Shown: positions 12,224 to 50,906 of the stretch, piece by piece
How positions within the stretch are numbered: position 1 is the stretch's first letter
Layout: the number at the start of each line of letters is the position of its first letter
Assembly (NCBI GenBank): GCA_963693365.1
Contig: CAVNZM010000002.1
Span: 9,893,059-9,957,058 of the forward strand
Source: Amoebidium appalachense
Taxonomy: Eukaryota > Protista > Ichthyosporea
Direction: 5' to 3'
DNA: 64,000 nucleotides
Notes under the pieces: generated by a model
What the model saw: the letters and a program-made list of their open reading frames with translations, nothing else
The model's database searches: none
Told to the model about the DNA's origin: nothing
Made by a program: the position numbers and the translations under genes

Positions 12224-14913
12224 TTGAAAAGGGGGGGGGGGGGGGGGGGGGAGAGGTTTGTCAAACAGGTTTGCAAAGGTACTGAAAATTGTGGGACTTT
12301 ATATTTTCAACCTTTAGGCATCTGAGAAACGCAGATGGGAAATACGTGGTGGTGGGTGGGATGGGTGGGGTTGGAGGGAGAGGGGAAGTAAACCGGCGGT
12401 CTGGGTAAATCGGAAGCTTGAAAAATTGCGGAGGCAGGTCACACAAGTAACGAGGGTGGACCTTGCGGCAGACAAGGGAAGAAACTAGTGTGTTGGTGCC
12501 GGCCGTGTGCCCATGTACGTGATTCTGCTTGTTTCTTTCCCTTTTCATTTTTTCCATTCCCACTTTTTATTTCATTTTTATTTTCATTTTCGTCATTTTT
12601 TTATTTCAAAGTTTTCATTTTTTTCCCGGGGGAGGGTGGGGTGGATGGAAGGGGGGTGGGTAGGTGTGTGTGTGTGTGGGTGGGTGGGGGGGGGGGGGGG
12701 GGGGGGGGGGGGGGAGGGTTACCTCTGACATGGGTGAGAGGGCATTGTCACGGACGTCTGCCTGTGTGCCCACGAGTATGGCCGGCACAAACCTCCTGCC
12801 TATTTTGGTAGTGGCACGACGGTATGCCCTTAATGCAACCTTAAGGGAGTCCGGGTTGCAGATAGAATAGACTGCGTGATTGGTTTGTGATTAGAGACGA
12901 TCTTGAGACGACATCGTATAAAAAGATGGGACTATTTAAGAGACTCTCGGAATAAATAATAAGTGTACATACAACGTAGGTTGTAAAACGACCACAATAA
13001 CATGGGAGCATGTGTAGTCTTGGGACTTTCAGAACCAAACATCAGCGATATGCTTTCACACACATGCGCCTAGCGTATCGCTGAGGGGGAGAACAACGAA
13101 GTTGAGGTATCATTCGACTCCCCCCTCCTTCTCCTGTTCTCCTAACTTTCTCACTTTACCGTGCGGCGCCCCCCGTTGTATGTTTTTGTGCGTACGGGCA
13201 TGATGTGTACGTGGTGACGTGGGTTCACCGGGTGGTGGTGGTGTTGCTGGGGAGGGGAGAGGGGGGGGGGGTTTGAATGCGTCATAAAGTACGAAGTACA
13301 CAAGAACAAGGGGGTCAACATTTGCACTTACCGACCATGAAGCCATCCACTGCATGGTATGCCTCCTGCTCCACCAAATCCATTTGCCGCAATACCTGGG
13401 GGGGGGGGGGAATAAATCAGTACCATAAATAGCAATAATTACCACATTTGGTTGTACCCCAAGAACCATGATTGGCCATCAAGCTTTGCAAAGCTATCAT
13501 TTTGAAGAAGACAAAATTCCACTATGCACATGTTGTCACATCTAATCTACTAAACGCATGTAGATATTATCTATTCACGGTATCACGTGTCATAGCCCCA
13601 TTATTAACGAGCACGACATCAAACCTAAAAAGGAAATAATTCTTTAACTGCCGCACCCACCTGGTAGCCAGCCGGGTCGATTATGTCGAGGCCATACGAC
13701 CTTTCTTTAAAGGAGACCCGCTTGTGGTGTCTGTTAACTATGGTCGATACATACTCCTGGATGGGGAGACATGGTGAGAACACACGACGCGACAAAACTT
13801 GGTTAATCCCAGTTTGCAAAGTACCCCAGGCCCATCAATATTTAGTTGCCGGGGATAGTATGTGACACAGCTTTTTAAGCGAAAAGAAGAAAAAAGAAAG
13901 AAAGAAAGTTACATGGGAAGGCGGTAGAGGTACAACGGGGCCTAATAGTACCAGAAAGAAGGAGAAAGAGAAGAGGGGGCAAAGACGGGGTTGATTTAAG
14001 ATGGTCAGGGAGCACATGGCTTTGTAGGAGTTCACACTCAAAAAATGCCGTAATCCACCCCCCCCCCCCCCCCCCCCCCCCCTGCTTACATGCCGGTAGT
14101 GCCTAGGCACATTTTTTTTTTTGGGATTTTGTGACCCGTGACACCCACTTCCTAGATGTTTTTTTCTTCTACCATTAACTATACATCATACACTGGCAGC
14201 CACTGAGCCTGCTAGACCCGTAGCATGCTCCGTACAGTTTTAATTGGAAACCACCGAGTGATGGTTTGCCATCATACGTTGGAGGTTGGGGGATGTATAG
14301 AACGTATATTACACAAGGAATTGTGTGTGTGTGTGTGATGTGTGTGTGTGTGTGTTTGACTTGGTGCATGTGTGTGTGTGAGTGTGTGTGTGTGTGTTTG
14401 ACTTGGTGCATGCCGTGGTCTGAACACAGAGAGCATGGACTACATGGTGTGACACGTGTGCACAACCACTGTCGGTCCATCAGACTGCAAGTCACGTCAC
14501 GGAGTGTGTGCGTGTGTGCATGTGCCCACATATGCGTTTATTGCTGGCGATTCGAGGGGGAGGGGGGAGCAGAAGGCAGTTTCCAATGGACGAGAAGCGT
14601 ATGAAAGGGACTCGCCTATGGGGGGGCAGGGGGCGGGATGGGGTGGGGGGGGGGGGGGAAGGCCCTGGGGACATGGCTTCGGGAGAAGGGGGGGGGGGGG
14701 GGGGGAGGTGTAGGATTGTTGGAGTGGGGGCAAAGTACACACCTGTTGGAATGCCCCCTCTGTAAACCTGGATACTAGAGCTGTCTTCCCTACCGCCTGA
14801 CCGCCCAGTATTGTGATTTTCAGTTGGCAGGGTGGTGTGGGGGGGTCAGCCTTCCCCTGCCTGCTTTGTGCGTGGCTTGGGGAGCCGATCTTACTCATAA
14901 ATTTCACGCCCAT
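10884..14913 (-). CDS. Atypical Ras-superfamily (Ras/Rheb-like) small GTPase with long Ser/Pro-rich C-terminal extension, ~575 aa
   Basis: Exons 14913-14743, 13756-13661, 13395-13332, 12871-12723, 12181-11806 and 11755-10884 join in frame. Motifs: KITILGGQAVGKTAL (G1), EYVSTI (G2), LDIIDPAG (G3), DGFMVVYSI, ILVGTQAD (G4), EVTA (G5). The last junction assumes a 50-nt intron (11756-11805). Confidence 0.85.
13271..13310 (-). mobile_element. 3' fragment of the dispersed structured repeat in a GTPase intron
   Basis: Minus strand CTTGTGTACTTCGTACTTTATGACGCATTCAAAC followed by poly-C. Confidence 0.7.
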
Positions 14914-17479
14914 TTCCAAACTTTGCTCTTGACGTTCCCTCCGAAGTATTGACAGTGTGCGGATTGCCTACTTGGTCATGCTAGTACGAATGTGGGCAGC
15001 TTTGCAAGCTAAAAAGGAAAGTGCGATCTTGATTCTCCCAAACTGGGCGAATCACTGCTGAGAGAAATTATAGTATATTGCTTCACTCCTGTGAAAGGTG
15101 TCAAAGCGAAAAACGGGACATTCAGGGGATGTTCCAAGATCCTGAAACTGCAGATGTAGACATGTAGGGAATCAATAGGTGTGCGATTAGGGCCACTCTG
15201 AGCACGACGTGCGGCAAACGTAACAAAGGATGTCAATTAACGAGCTTCTGTATTAGTTCAAGAAACACGTTCGCAGTTTTTGGTTTCTAGTAGAGCTAGG
15301 CACCGAACAAAAAAACGAATGATGTAAGCTTGTGCATAGAAGTCCACAGTTGCGTGACTGCAGGAAAACAACCTCCTCTTGGCTGTTTTGGGTTGGGCGT
15401 TGACTGGTACCCCCTAAACATCATGTAAAGCCAATTTACGAATCTATCTAAATTATATCTCTTAGGGACGCAGGTTTATTTAGAGACAGACGCAGGTCCG
15501 ATCTGCTTTATGCCGCTGAGCCGGAAGCTTTTAATTGACACAGCATTGATTTTATTTTATTCTAATTATTTATCTTATTCATATATTGTAAACATCACCG
15601 CAGTATTCATTTGCAAGTGCATGCGCAATTGTACTGAGGCAGGTGCAAGTGACAACGTTAATTATAACATGTACATATATTACATGGATAACCATGCTTT
15701 CATCACTTTAGCAGCTAGGCTAAGGAAGTTTTATCCTATTTTGTCACCACATAAATACATTTGTCTTTTCTTCTTTGCCGTATCTCTGTCGCGATCACTT
15801 ACTTGTTCGTAATTCTGAAAAATTTAGAACAAAAGGAGGGGGTTTACACACTTTTTATTGCGTGGACAGGAGGTTCAGCCACACTCGACGGCCTACTGCG
15901 TTTTCCAGCGCAGCCAATCAAATGCAGCTAGTGACATATGCACCTGCTAGGCAACAATTAGGTTGTAAGCGCCACCTATTAGATATTCTGGGTAAGCAGG
16001 GGCTAGCATCGGTAGCTCCGAAAGAAAGTTAAGGAAGAGTATCACAATATCATACTGTGCAGCATTAATAAGGTGATCTAGGATAGTCATTTTAAAACGG
16101 ATATATTGAGGAAGAGAGGGAGAAAAGAGAATAAAACCGCCAATAACCTCTGGTTCTATTACGTTACCTAACAGGTTACACTTTTTGATAGATTAAAAAA
16201 ATAAAATAGATATGCATCCGCGAGTAAACCGCCCCCAACAAAAGGAGCACCGCTCTAGGGTGTTGAAGGTATCTAGCCCCCCTAACATGAATGATACTGT
16301 CGGGCCAATCAAATCATTTATACACTCGCGCCCCCGAATTCCACGGCAGGCCGTCCGTAAGTGCTGCTGTGCATTGATAAAAAGAAAGGTTTGCACATAT
16401 TTGCACATATTCAGCAGTTGTTTGTGTTTTGCAGCCGTATTATGCGGAGTACCAACGACGTTCAGAGAAATACTTTACAAAAATACTCTTTTTACCCCAG
16501 GCGCCAATATGCTCGATTCGCAGGATTACTGGTTCAGTGTTTATTGTCGATCGAATTTGCCGGTCCGGTGCGACCAATAGGAATTCTGCCACCAGGATGC
16601 ATGCACATCACAAAAGTGTGGGTGTGTGTTTTGATTGGCTGGACTTTACTGAAACAACCAATCAGGAATTCTGTCGCCTAATTGATCTATCAGGTGTGCA
16701 TTGAAAGACAGCAAATCTTACGTACCACAGCCCCGGCTCCCGCGGCCACTCAAACAATGCATATGGGCTTCCTTCAGTTTCCGACAGGCCCCCTCACTGA
16801 CTTTTCTGCCTGCACAGAATCGGGCTATCTAAAGTTGCAATTGTGCATTTCCACGTGAAAATTTCTCCACCACTCACTGGCTTCGCATGCTGAAACGGGC
16901 AGAAAACCTGACATGTGAAAAAAATTGGTCTGGGACTGCTGATCACCGACCGAGAGTTACTGCATTCGTTGAACGGTAATTGTAAATGGGCTTTCACGGT
17001 CTCTAAGACCCGTTGGCACACCCGACGTCGACACACGACGCTTTAGTTAGTTTAATAGAATTTAATAGGCTTCTTGCCGGAGGGGGCACTATGTAAACAT
17101 CGAGAACCGTGGGGTGGGGTGGGTGGGGGGGGAAGGGGGGGGGGGGGGGGGGGAGGGTTTGGGGGAAGGGGAGGAGGGGGGGAGGAGGGGGGGGGGAGGG
17201 GGGGGGGGAGGCGATGCCATGGGGGCAACCACCTGCTCGAACTCGAGCCTGCTTTCGGAGCCCCCCTCTCCAACTCAACCGTGGTAGTAGCAATACATTC
17301 ATGTCCCCTCAGCCCCCTTCAGGGGCCCCAATGCGGATGGGGAAGGGCCTGGGCCCTCGCGTGAATGCACGGCTACATGCATGTGTGTCAATAATTGTGT
17401 GTACCACCGTGTGTGTGTGTGTGTGTTTGTGTGCATGTCACTGTGTGCAACTGAAGGTGAACGCCGGGTGTACCTGCAC

Positions 17480-17556
<77 letters not shown>

Positions 17557-17654
17557 GTGTGTTGTTGTTGTACATGGAATTTGCTATGTGTTGTTAAATT
17601 GTTGTTGTTGTTGTTGTTTTTGTACTTGGTTGTGAACAGGCGCATGTTGCAGTG

Positions 17655-17696
<42 letters not shown>

Positions 17697-17831
17697 ACAC
17701 AGTGTGTGTGTGTGTGTATTCGTGTGTGTGTGTATCATATGTGTGAGTGCGCGCGCGAGCATGTCACAAAGTTTGTGTATGCGCGCGTGTGTGTGTTTGT
17801 GTCTGTGTGTGTGTGTGTGTGTGCGCGCGCG

Positions 17832-17892
<61 letters not shown>

Positions 17893-18440
17893 GTATGTGT
17901 TAGTGTGTGTGTGAGTGTGATTGTGTATATGTGTGTGTGTGACATGTGTGACTATTCTTCGAATTATTCCTGGTGATGCCGCTCCAGAAAGATATGCACG
18001 CGAGTGCTCGGGGAAGCCAAGGTGTTATCGAATCGTATGAGAGTTGTGTTGCGGGATGTAGCCAGTCAGGGGAGGTGTCTTTTTTTTTTTTGGTGGTGGT
18101 GGGGGGGGAGGGGGAGGAGGGTGGAAGGGAGGGGGAAGGGGGAGGGGAGATGAGGGGATTAAATCATAAATAGTTTCACAGCAGAACGAGTGAGCAGCAC
18201 GTAATGCCCCCACGGTGAGAAATCTTACGAATCGTGGTAGAGAGGGGAGACGCGGAGGAGCCCCCGTTTTTTTTTTTTTTGTTTTTTTTTTTGGGGGGGA
18301 GGGGGGGGCGGGGGGGGGAAGAGAGGGTGAGTTATATTTTTTTGTTTTTGTTTTTTTTTTTGGGGGGGGGGAGGTGGGGGCGGGAGGGGAGAAGGGAAGG
18401 GGGTGTGGGTGACAGTGGGGGCGGGAGAGAGGGGGGGAGG

Positions 18441-18471
<31 letters not shown>

Positions 18472-18521
18472 GGGGGGGGATGCCTAATGAGTCAAGCATG
18501 CAGTCTGGTTATATCATAAAC

Positions 18522-18710
18522 TGTAAACTCGCGCCATTCGCGTGCTCGCTTACATACAGATCCGCTCTGTATTCGCCATGCTATGCTAAAAGGTATGCGC
18601 GCTGATGGCTGATCCATCATGCGACTTTTGTTTCATACGAGTGATCAAGTACATAGCGAACACAGAGCGGATCTGTATGTAAGCGAGCATGCGAACGGCG
18701 CGAGATTACA
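18522..18710. repeat. Long inverted repeat (59-bp arms, ~5 mismatches, ~70-nt spacer); MITE or hairpin RNA
   Basis: 18522-18580 is the reverse complement of 18652-18710 (core GCTCGCTTACATACAGATCCGCTCTG / CAGAGCGGATCTGTATGTAAGCGAGC). Confidence 0.9.
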
Positions 18711-19199
18711 AAGCTGATGGGTAGGCTAAGCCTTTCATTCACTATCATAATGTGCACGTTCTTATAATCTATGTGAACGGATAGATACCTTTTGAAGGGT
18801 TTTACCAACACTATATGCATACGGTCATGATACTTATTCAAATTATTAATAATTACATAGTCCTGCAAATGGCGGCTGGGGTCCCCTGGTGTGAAGGTAG
18901 GCCGGGTGGGTGGAAGGGGTGGAGGGGGGGCAGGGGAGGGGGGGAGGGGGAGGGGGGAAGGGGGGAGGGGAGGGGGGAGGGGAAGGCGGAGGGGGAAGGG
19001 GAGGGGGAGGGGGAGGGGGAGGGGGAGAGCAGTTTGACAGTTTCAAAGTATGGGTGTTTGTATGTGAGTGTGTGGGTATTTGAATGTGTGGTGCGGATGT
19101 GTAGGTGCTGGAGAGAGAGGGGGGGGGGGGGGGGGAGGGGGGGGGAAGGGAGAAAGGGGGAGGGGGGGGGAGAGAGAAAGAGAGAGGCAGAGAGAGAGG

Positions 19200-19317
<118 letters not shown>

Positions 19318-19507
19318 GAGAGAGAAAAGAAAGAGAAGGGGGGGGGGGGGGGGGGGGGGGGGGCTGGATGGATGGAAGGGAGGGTGGGAGGGTGGGAAAT
19401 TGAAAGAGAGGGAGAGGGAGAACTGAGAGCCTCGTGCACGCTAGAGTGCTTTGCCATAAGAGCCTTGCTGTGACTTAGATGCAATTAAAAGTATAAGTGG
19501 TGTAGTG

Positions 19508-19554
<47 letters not shown>

Positions 19555-19843
19555 CACACACACACACACACACAAGCACACACACACATACACACGCATA
19601 TTCACACGCACACACAACTTCAATCATATGCGTTTATTCAGCTACCCGCTTCTGCAAAATGTGATTTATACAATTTATGCTTGAGGTGAGGCAGAGCCAG
19701 TCTGCCTTAGCCGGTTTATTATATCTTGAGCCACCGTACACACGATGCCTTACTATTTATCTTGTTTATTCACTGTGATCCCCATAGTCTAGCAGTTTCA
19801 CCTCACAGAGGCTACCGTCTTCTACTTCTGCAATGTTTGATCA

Positions 19844-20782
19844 TTACTGCCCCTTCTTCTGACCCTGCGTGGTGGGCCGGCCACGACCACCACCCACGCT
19901 ATTTGACGTGACACTATTAGTATTGCCACCCTTTCCCATGCCACCACCCAAAGCAAAGTTTCCGCCCTTTGGGCCCTGGGGCGGAGGGCATCCCGCAGCG
20001 GTCAGCGTTGCATTGTTTGCGGTGAGGCAAGTATCACAGGCCGTGCGCTTGCTGGTGCACTGTGTGCAGTCAGTGCTGTTTCGGTTCGCGTCGCAGGCAG
20101 CGCGGCACGCGTCGTTGGGGGCGCAATTCGGGCAGGTGGTGTTGATGACTTTTGCGCAAGCAAGGTCCTTGCAGCCGGCGGCAATGAGGGCGTCTGTGTT
20201 CTGGTCGATGCATACACGGCACTTGTTTCTGCATGCGGTGCATTCCGTGCTGTTGCGGTTTTTCTCACACAGAGCGCGGCAGCTGTCGTTTGCGCCGGGG
20301 CGGGGGCAGTCCGGACACGTGGCTGCCATGGCCGCAGGGCACTTGAGGTGGTCGCAGCCGGCAGCAATCAGTGAAGCAATGTTTGCCTGCATGCACTCAA
20401 AACACGTGTTCATCTGCGTGTTGTTGCCCGGTGCAGGCCCGCGGGGGCCCTTGCTACCATTAGAGGGCGGCTGGGTAGGGGTGCCGGTGGGAGGTGCGGG
20501 GCATGTGGTGCACGTGGTGTTGATGGCGGCAAGACACTGGCTGCTGATGTTGAGGGGCATGGGCGGCATGGGGCCACCGAAACCCATATCCGGCCCGCCC
20601 ATCCCGCCCATCATCCCGGGTGGTCCTCCGGCGCCCGGGCCACCGGCCGGCTTGCCCATGCCCGCGCCTGAAGCGACCCCTTGTTGGGCTCCTGAAGTCG
20701 GGCCCTGGCGGTCGCCCATAGGAGCGGCTGCCGCGCACCACATGAGGGTGGAGAAGAGAGCGATGGTAGAGATCATTTTCAT
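19844..20782 (-). CDS. Intronless secreted cysteine-rich repeat protein, 312 aa
   Basis: Signal peptide MKMISTIALFSTLMWCAAAA, a Gly/Pro/Met-rich linker, three Cys modules each ending CxxC-x3-N-x3-L(I/T)AAGC, several N-x-S/T sequons, GC-rich coding-like codons and an upstream TATA box. Confidence 0.85.
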   Translation of the reverse strand: MKMISTIALFSTLMWCAAAAPMGDRQGPTSGAQQGVASGAGMGKPAGGPGAGGPPGMMGGMGGPDMGFGGPMPPMPLNISSQCLAAINTTCTTCPAPPTGTPTQPPSNGSKGPRGPAPGNNTQMNTCFECMQANIASLIAAGCDHLKCPAAMAATCPDCPRPGANDSCRALCEKNRNSTECTACRNKCRVCIDQNTDALIAAGCKDLACAKVINTTCPNCAPNDACRAACDANRNSTDCTQCTSKRTACDTCLTANNATLTAAGCPPPQGPKGGNFALGGGMGKGGNTNSVTSNSVGGGRGRPTTQGQKKGQ

Positions 20783-20836
20783 GTTGACTTGTGGTTGCTG
20801 TTGAAGATGTGAATGAACGTTCCGAGGTACGCTTTG

Positions 20837-20902
20837 TTTATATACCTGCGGGGCCGAGTTGATTCAGCCAATCACAAATCCATAAATATGGTTCCGCCAA
20901 TC
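20837..20902 (-). promoter_or_regulatory. TATA box and CCAAT elements of the Cys-rich gene
   Basis: Minus-strand TATATAAA at 20844-20837, ~55 bp upstream of the ATG. CCAAT motifs at ~20868 and ~20897. Confidence 0.55.
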
Positions 20903-21798
20903 CGCGATAAGTCTCTCGCTGTCTCACCCGTCCGGCCCCGGGGAGAACCCACATATTTTTCGATTACTGCAATGCAGCAGCTATAATGAGTTAGTGTTTT
21001 GATTGGGTAAATTGAGTATTTGGGATCACAAAAGAATGTCATCCTGTTGGGGGCACCCCCGGGGAGTAACCCGGGATTCCGTTGGGCTATAAGTTTGGGT
21101 GTTGAAAATACGGCGCAGAAGAAACAAGCTGCTTCTATTTCATTCCCCCCTCCCTTTATTTTTTCCCCCTGCCTGTAATTCTGTGCGCATACATAAACGG
21201 CACAAATAAAAGTGTGTTCTGGAACTGGGATTCAGCACTTCGAAGTGGAAAACACTTCAGATTCCTGAGATCTAAGATCCAAAAATAGCTCATTACATCA
21301 CGATTACCTCATGATTAACTGGACTCCAAGCAAATCCATCGGGGTCGATGCTCCGAGCTGATTATGGTTGCTAAACACGCTATTAAGTAACTAGTAAAAA
21401 AAATAACTGATGGTTGACCCACTAAGTAACCGTCTGTCTCGGCCCACTGCGCTGTAGAACGTGGCCCAGTGGCCGTATATATTACAGGGGAATCATAACT
21501 TGAAAACTCTCAAAAAAATGCCTGCATTCATTCACTGCGATCATGCATGTCCGCCGGCCTTCAGGAGCATCACGGCCCCAAGCTAGACGGGCCCATGCCC
21601 GGCACTCATTGAGCACCCTGACCCACCGAATTCAATCCTAAATCTCGAGTATGCTCGTCTTGCGTAGAGGCATACCATGAATATTGCCATACCGCGCGCG
21701 GCGGCCGTGCATGCATGCCATGGGGACCCGGCTGAGATGTGTATCCTGCGTATCTTGTTTCAATAAAGGCGAATCCAGAGTGCCGGCTCCGTAGCCAG

Positions 21799-21870
<72 letters not shown>

Positions 21871-21888
21871 CCACCACCACCACCACCA

Positions 21889-22005
<117 letters not shown>

Positions 22006-23289
22006 CCCCCCCGCGGGGAGGTCCACCCGAGAATGCCACAGTGAAGTCTGTTCAAATTTGGTTTGGACGTGGTGGGTTTGGACGGTTTTCCCCATCCGAT
22101 TCTGAGTGACCCCAAATGTCATGCACATGCCACCATGCCCAAATGTTGTGGAAACATGTCTTTTCTCCTGGAAAATTTTACCTCTGCAGCGAAGAGTCAC
22201 TGGTTGTTATTATCAGTAAACAAAAATTGCGTATAGCGTTCGGCTCTAGAGATCGATCTTAGGATCAATGTTAATAAACCCCCCCAGGCTCCCTAAATTC
22301 CACAGCAGGCGGCGAATGGGGGACCGGGGGGGGGGGGGGGGGGGGGGGGGGAGGGGGGGGGGGGGGGGGTGGGGGGGGGATCATCGAAATGAACACGTGG
22401 ATTATCAAACTACTGTAACAGAGCCAGAATGACATGGATATTGATGCGTTACGCAATATATACGGTAGAAAATAACTTGATATGTCGACGTTTATTCATC
22501 GGAGAAACCAACCACCAACACTGTGACACACAAGCACGTCATGTTTATTTGATTGTGAGCCTTCCTGCATACAGAAAACAAAACACATCACTTTCATACA
22601 ATCCATTCGTTATAGACAACCGACTTATTAACTGACTCACATTGCCATGATTAAGGTATTACACCCTCCCCGGCTGCCAGCATCGAAAAACCCACACCCA
22701 CACCCACACACATGTGTGCGATAATTATGCAGTTTGCAAGGGTTAAATGAGGATACGAAACACTCCCCCCCCCCTCCCCCCCCCCCCCCCCCCCTCCCCT
22801 CAAAAAAAAAAAAAAGAAAAAGAAAAAGAAAAAGAAAACAAACAAACAATGACATACGAATGCCTGCAAAGAATTACCGATTGTTTGAATCACAACAACA
22901 ATGAGCGCGGCGAGAACATCCAACCCAATTGCAACCATTAGGGCCTTGTACAGCTTTTAGGCACTCCAACGTTTCTGTTTTGATTCATACGCAAACAATT
23001 CCATTCGAAAACACAAGGACAGGTGTAAACCACTTCTTCTTATTACCTATATATTGTTTTTGACTGGGGGAGGTGTGTGTGTGTATGTTTGGGTGGGTGA
23101 GTGGGGGGAATGGGGGGCGGGGGAGAGGGGGAGGGGGGGGGGGGGGGGGAGAAGGGGAGGGGGGGGGAGTATACGGGGGTATATGGGAATTTGATTTGTT
23201 CCATCCAGAAAGAACTAACACACACCTGGTGGTTATCAGCTCCCTCAAATCCCCTCCCGCCTCATACCACAACAACCCTACACACCCCA

Positions 23290-23338
<49 letters not shown>

Positions 23339-23421
23339 CCACACATCCACCGACCCACCCACCACCACCACACACACAACCAACACATACACACACACAT
23401 ACACACACACTCTCTCTCTCC

Positions 23422-48513
<25,092 letters not shown>

Positions 48514-48856
48514 GTTGTTGGTGGGAGAAGTTTGGTGAACAACCTAAAATAGTTGAGCCCCGAATTGCCGGGAAATATGCAGCTAAATTAAGGACTTCGA
48601 CATGAGGCCTCCTTGTATTAGGTGTGGTAGCTATAGGTGTGGGCTAGGGCTAGTGTGATAATGAAAAGCGCCCCGTTTCGAAAAAGCTTTGAACACTGCT
48701 TTCAAAGGAACGCGGAGGGAACCAGATAGTCTACGCATGGGACATCATACGCCATTATGAGCCCTTGAAGAGAGCCAATATTGCAGAAAAGGCGTCTACG
48801 CGATTTGCGCTATTACGTAAGCTTGCACCAGTGGCTCCCCATAGGAGATCTACGCC

Positions 48857-48956
<100 letters not shown>

Positions 48957-49007
48957 TCAGGCTCTCTCTCTCTCTCTCTCTCTCTTTTCTTCTCTCTCTC
49001 TCCTCCT

Positions 49008-49056
<49 letters not shown>

Positions 49057-49417
49057 GTCTCTCTCTCCCTCCCTCCCTCCCTCCCTCCCTCCCTCCCTCC
49101 CTCCCTCCCTCCCTCCCTTCCCCCTCTCTCTCTCTCTCTCTCTCGCTCCTCTCTCTCTCTCTCTCTCCCCCCCCCTCTCTCTCTCTCTGTCTGTCTGTCT
49201 GTCTGTCTCTCTCGAGTGCGCGTGCATGCACGCGTGCGCATGTGTGTGCACGCGCATAAACAGACAATCACACACACACACAGTCATACCCACACCCACA
49301 TCCACCCACACACACACACACACAGTCACGCACACAGGCACACACGTGCGCACGCACACACACACGCACACACGCACGCACACATACACATACACACACG
49401 CACACGCACAGATGCAA

Positions 49418-49458
<41 letters not shown>

Positions 49459-49933
49459 TGTGTGTGTGTGTGTGTGTACACATGTGTGCACCTTGCGAGT
49501 GTGTGCAGTTTGTACGTGTCATGTCTGCATTTGCGTGTTTGTACTGCGTCATTACGCAGCGGGTGTGCATGCATCCATATATGCGCATGTGTGTGGCTGC
49601 CACACACGCACTGTCGAAATGCATTTTTGATAACAGGAGAGGGTCTCGGCAAGCTGTCTCGGCGATGGGTAGTCTGGGGGTAAAATTCTGTTTGGATGGA
49701 TGTTCCGGGAGGTGGGGGGGGGGGGAGGGGGGAGGGGGGCGGGAGAGGGGAAAGGGAGGATGGGGGCTCGGGGGAGGGGGGGGGGGGGTGAAGCCCCGGG
49801 CGAAGGCAGATTAAAACAGGCAAATGTGAGGAGGGAGCAAACAAATTTAAGACCAGCAGAGACTGCTTTAGGGGTATTAGGTTGTCCGGGAGGGGGGGGG
49901 GAGGGGGGGGGAAGGTTCCAAAGAGAGAGGGAG

Positions 49934-50005
<72 letters not shown>

Positions 50006-50058
50006 GAGAGAGAGAGAGAGAATAAGAGAGAGAGCTGAGAGAGAGAGAGAGAGAATGA

Positions 50059-50138
<80 letters not shown>

Positions 50139-50906
50139 AAAGCGAAGTGGGTAGTTAGTTAGGGTGGAGGTGCGGAAGGGGGATGAGGGGAAGAGGGGCT
50201 TCGAGAGAATTGGGGTGAAGTCGGGGGTGTACGGTGTACGCATTGTTGGAAGGTCTATCATGACACTGAACCACACTGAACCACTGAACCACAGAACCAA
50301 TTGCTTACATACATAGGAATTATTTTTTATCAGGCTCTTGCATTTGTTTACGGGCCCGGATCTTTGTTTACAGGCCCGGATCATCGGATGGCGAGGTGCT
50401 GCTGGCGTGAACGGGTGATCAGAAATCAGAACCGGAAGTCATCGGTGCTATTACGTTCCAATAACAACCCCCACCCCCACCCCTCCTCCTCCTCCTCCTC
50501 CACCAGCCCCGAGTCCAGCTCTCCAGTGGGCCACCCTTTATGACTTGCGGGGCCGCGGCGGTGTCGTCGCGTCGACCGGTGCTTGGACTCGACCAGATCT
50601 AGATCTTGCGGCTGTGTGTTCCTATTGGTCAATGTTTAAACATCCGATTGGCAGATTCTTCTGTCTATATTCAGTGATTATGTGCTAGCCAATAGGAAGA
50701 CAGTTATGGTTCCTGGCGTATGCGGCCCCAGGGGCCTAAGCTGTCCCCAAGTAGCCTACGCACAGGCGGGATAGGCGGGAACAGGCTCAGTACGTGACTG
50801 GGAAGAGTAGATAACAGATAGACTATTCTATCATAACAATAGTAAGAGTGCTCAGCCGGTCTCCTCTTTCAGCATTATCTATTATTATCATTTACTACAC
50901 AAAAAG

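Noticed and set aside
15000-17040. Short ORFs in AT-richer unique sequence upstream of the GTPase gene
   Set aside because: No recognisable motifs or consistent splice structure; probably promoter or decayed transposon sequence.
19869-20804. 311-aa plus-strand ORF fully overlapping the Cys-rich gene
   Set aside because: Antisense shadow of a GC-rich coding sequence. The minus frame has the signal peptide, repeats and TATA box.
22030-22200. Weak resemblance of STTFGHGGMCMTFG to the Tc1 transposase motif TVKHGGGSVMVWG
   Set aside because: Too short, with no DDE residues or extended ORF in support.
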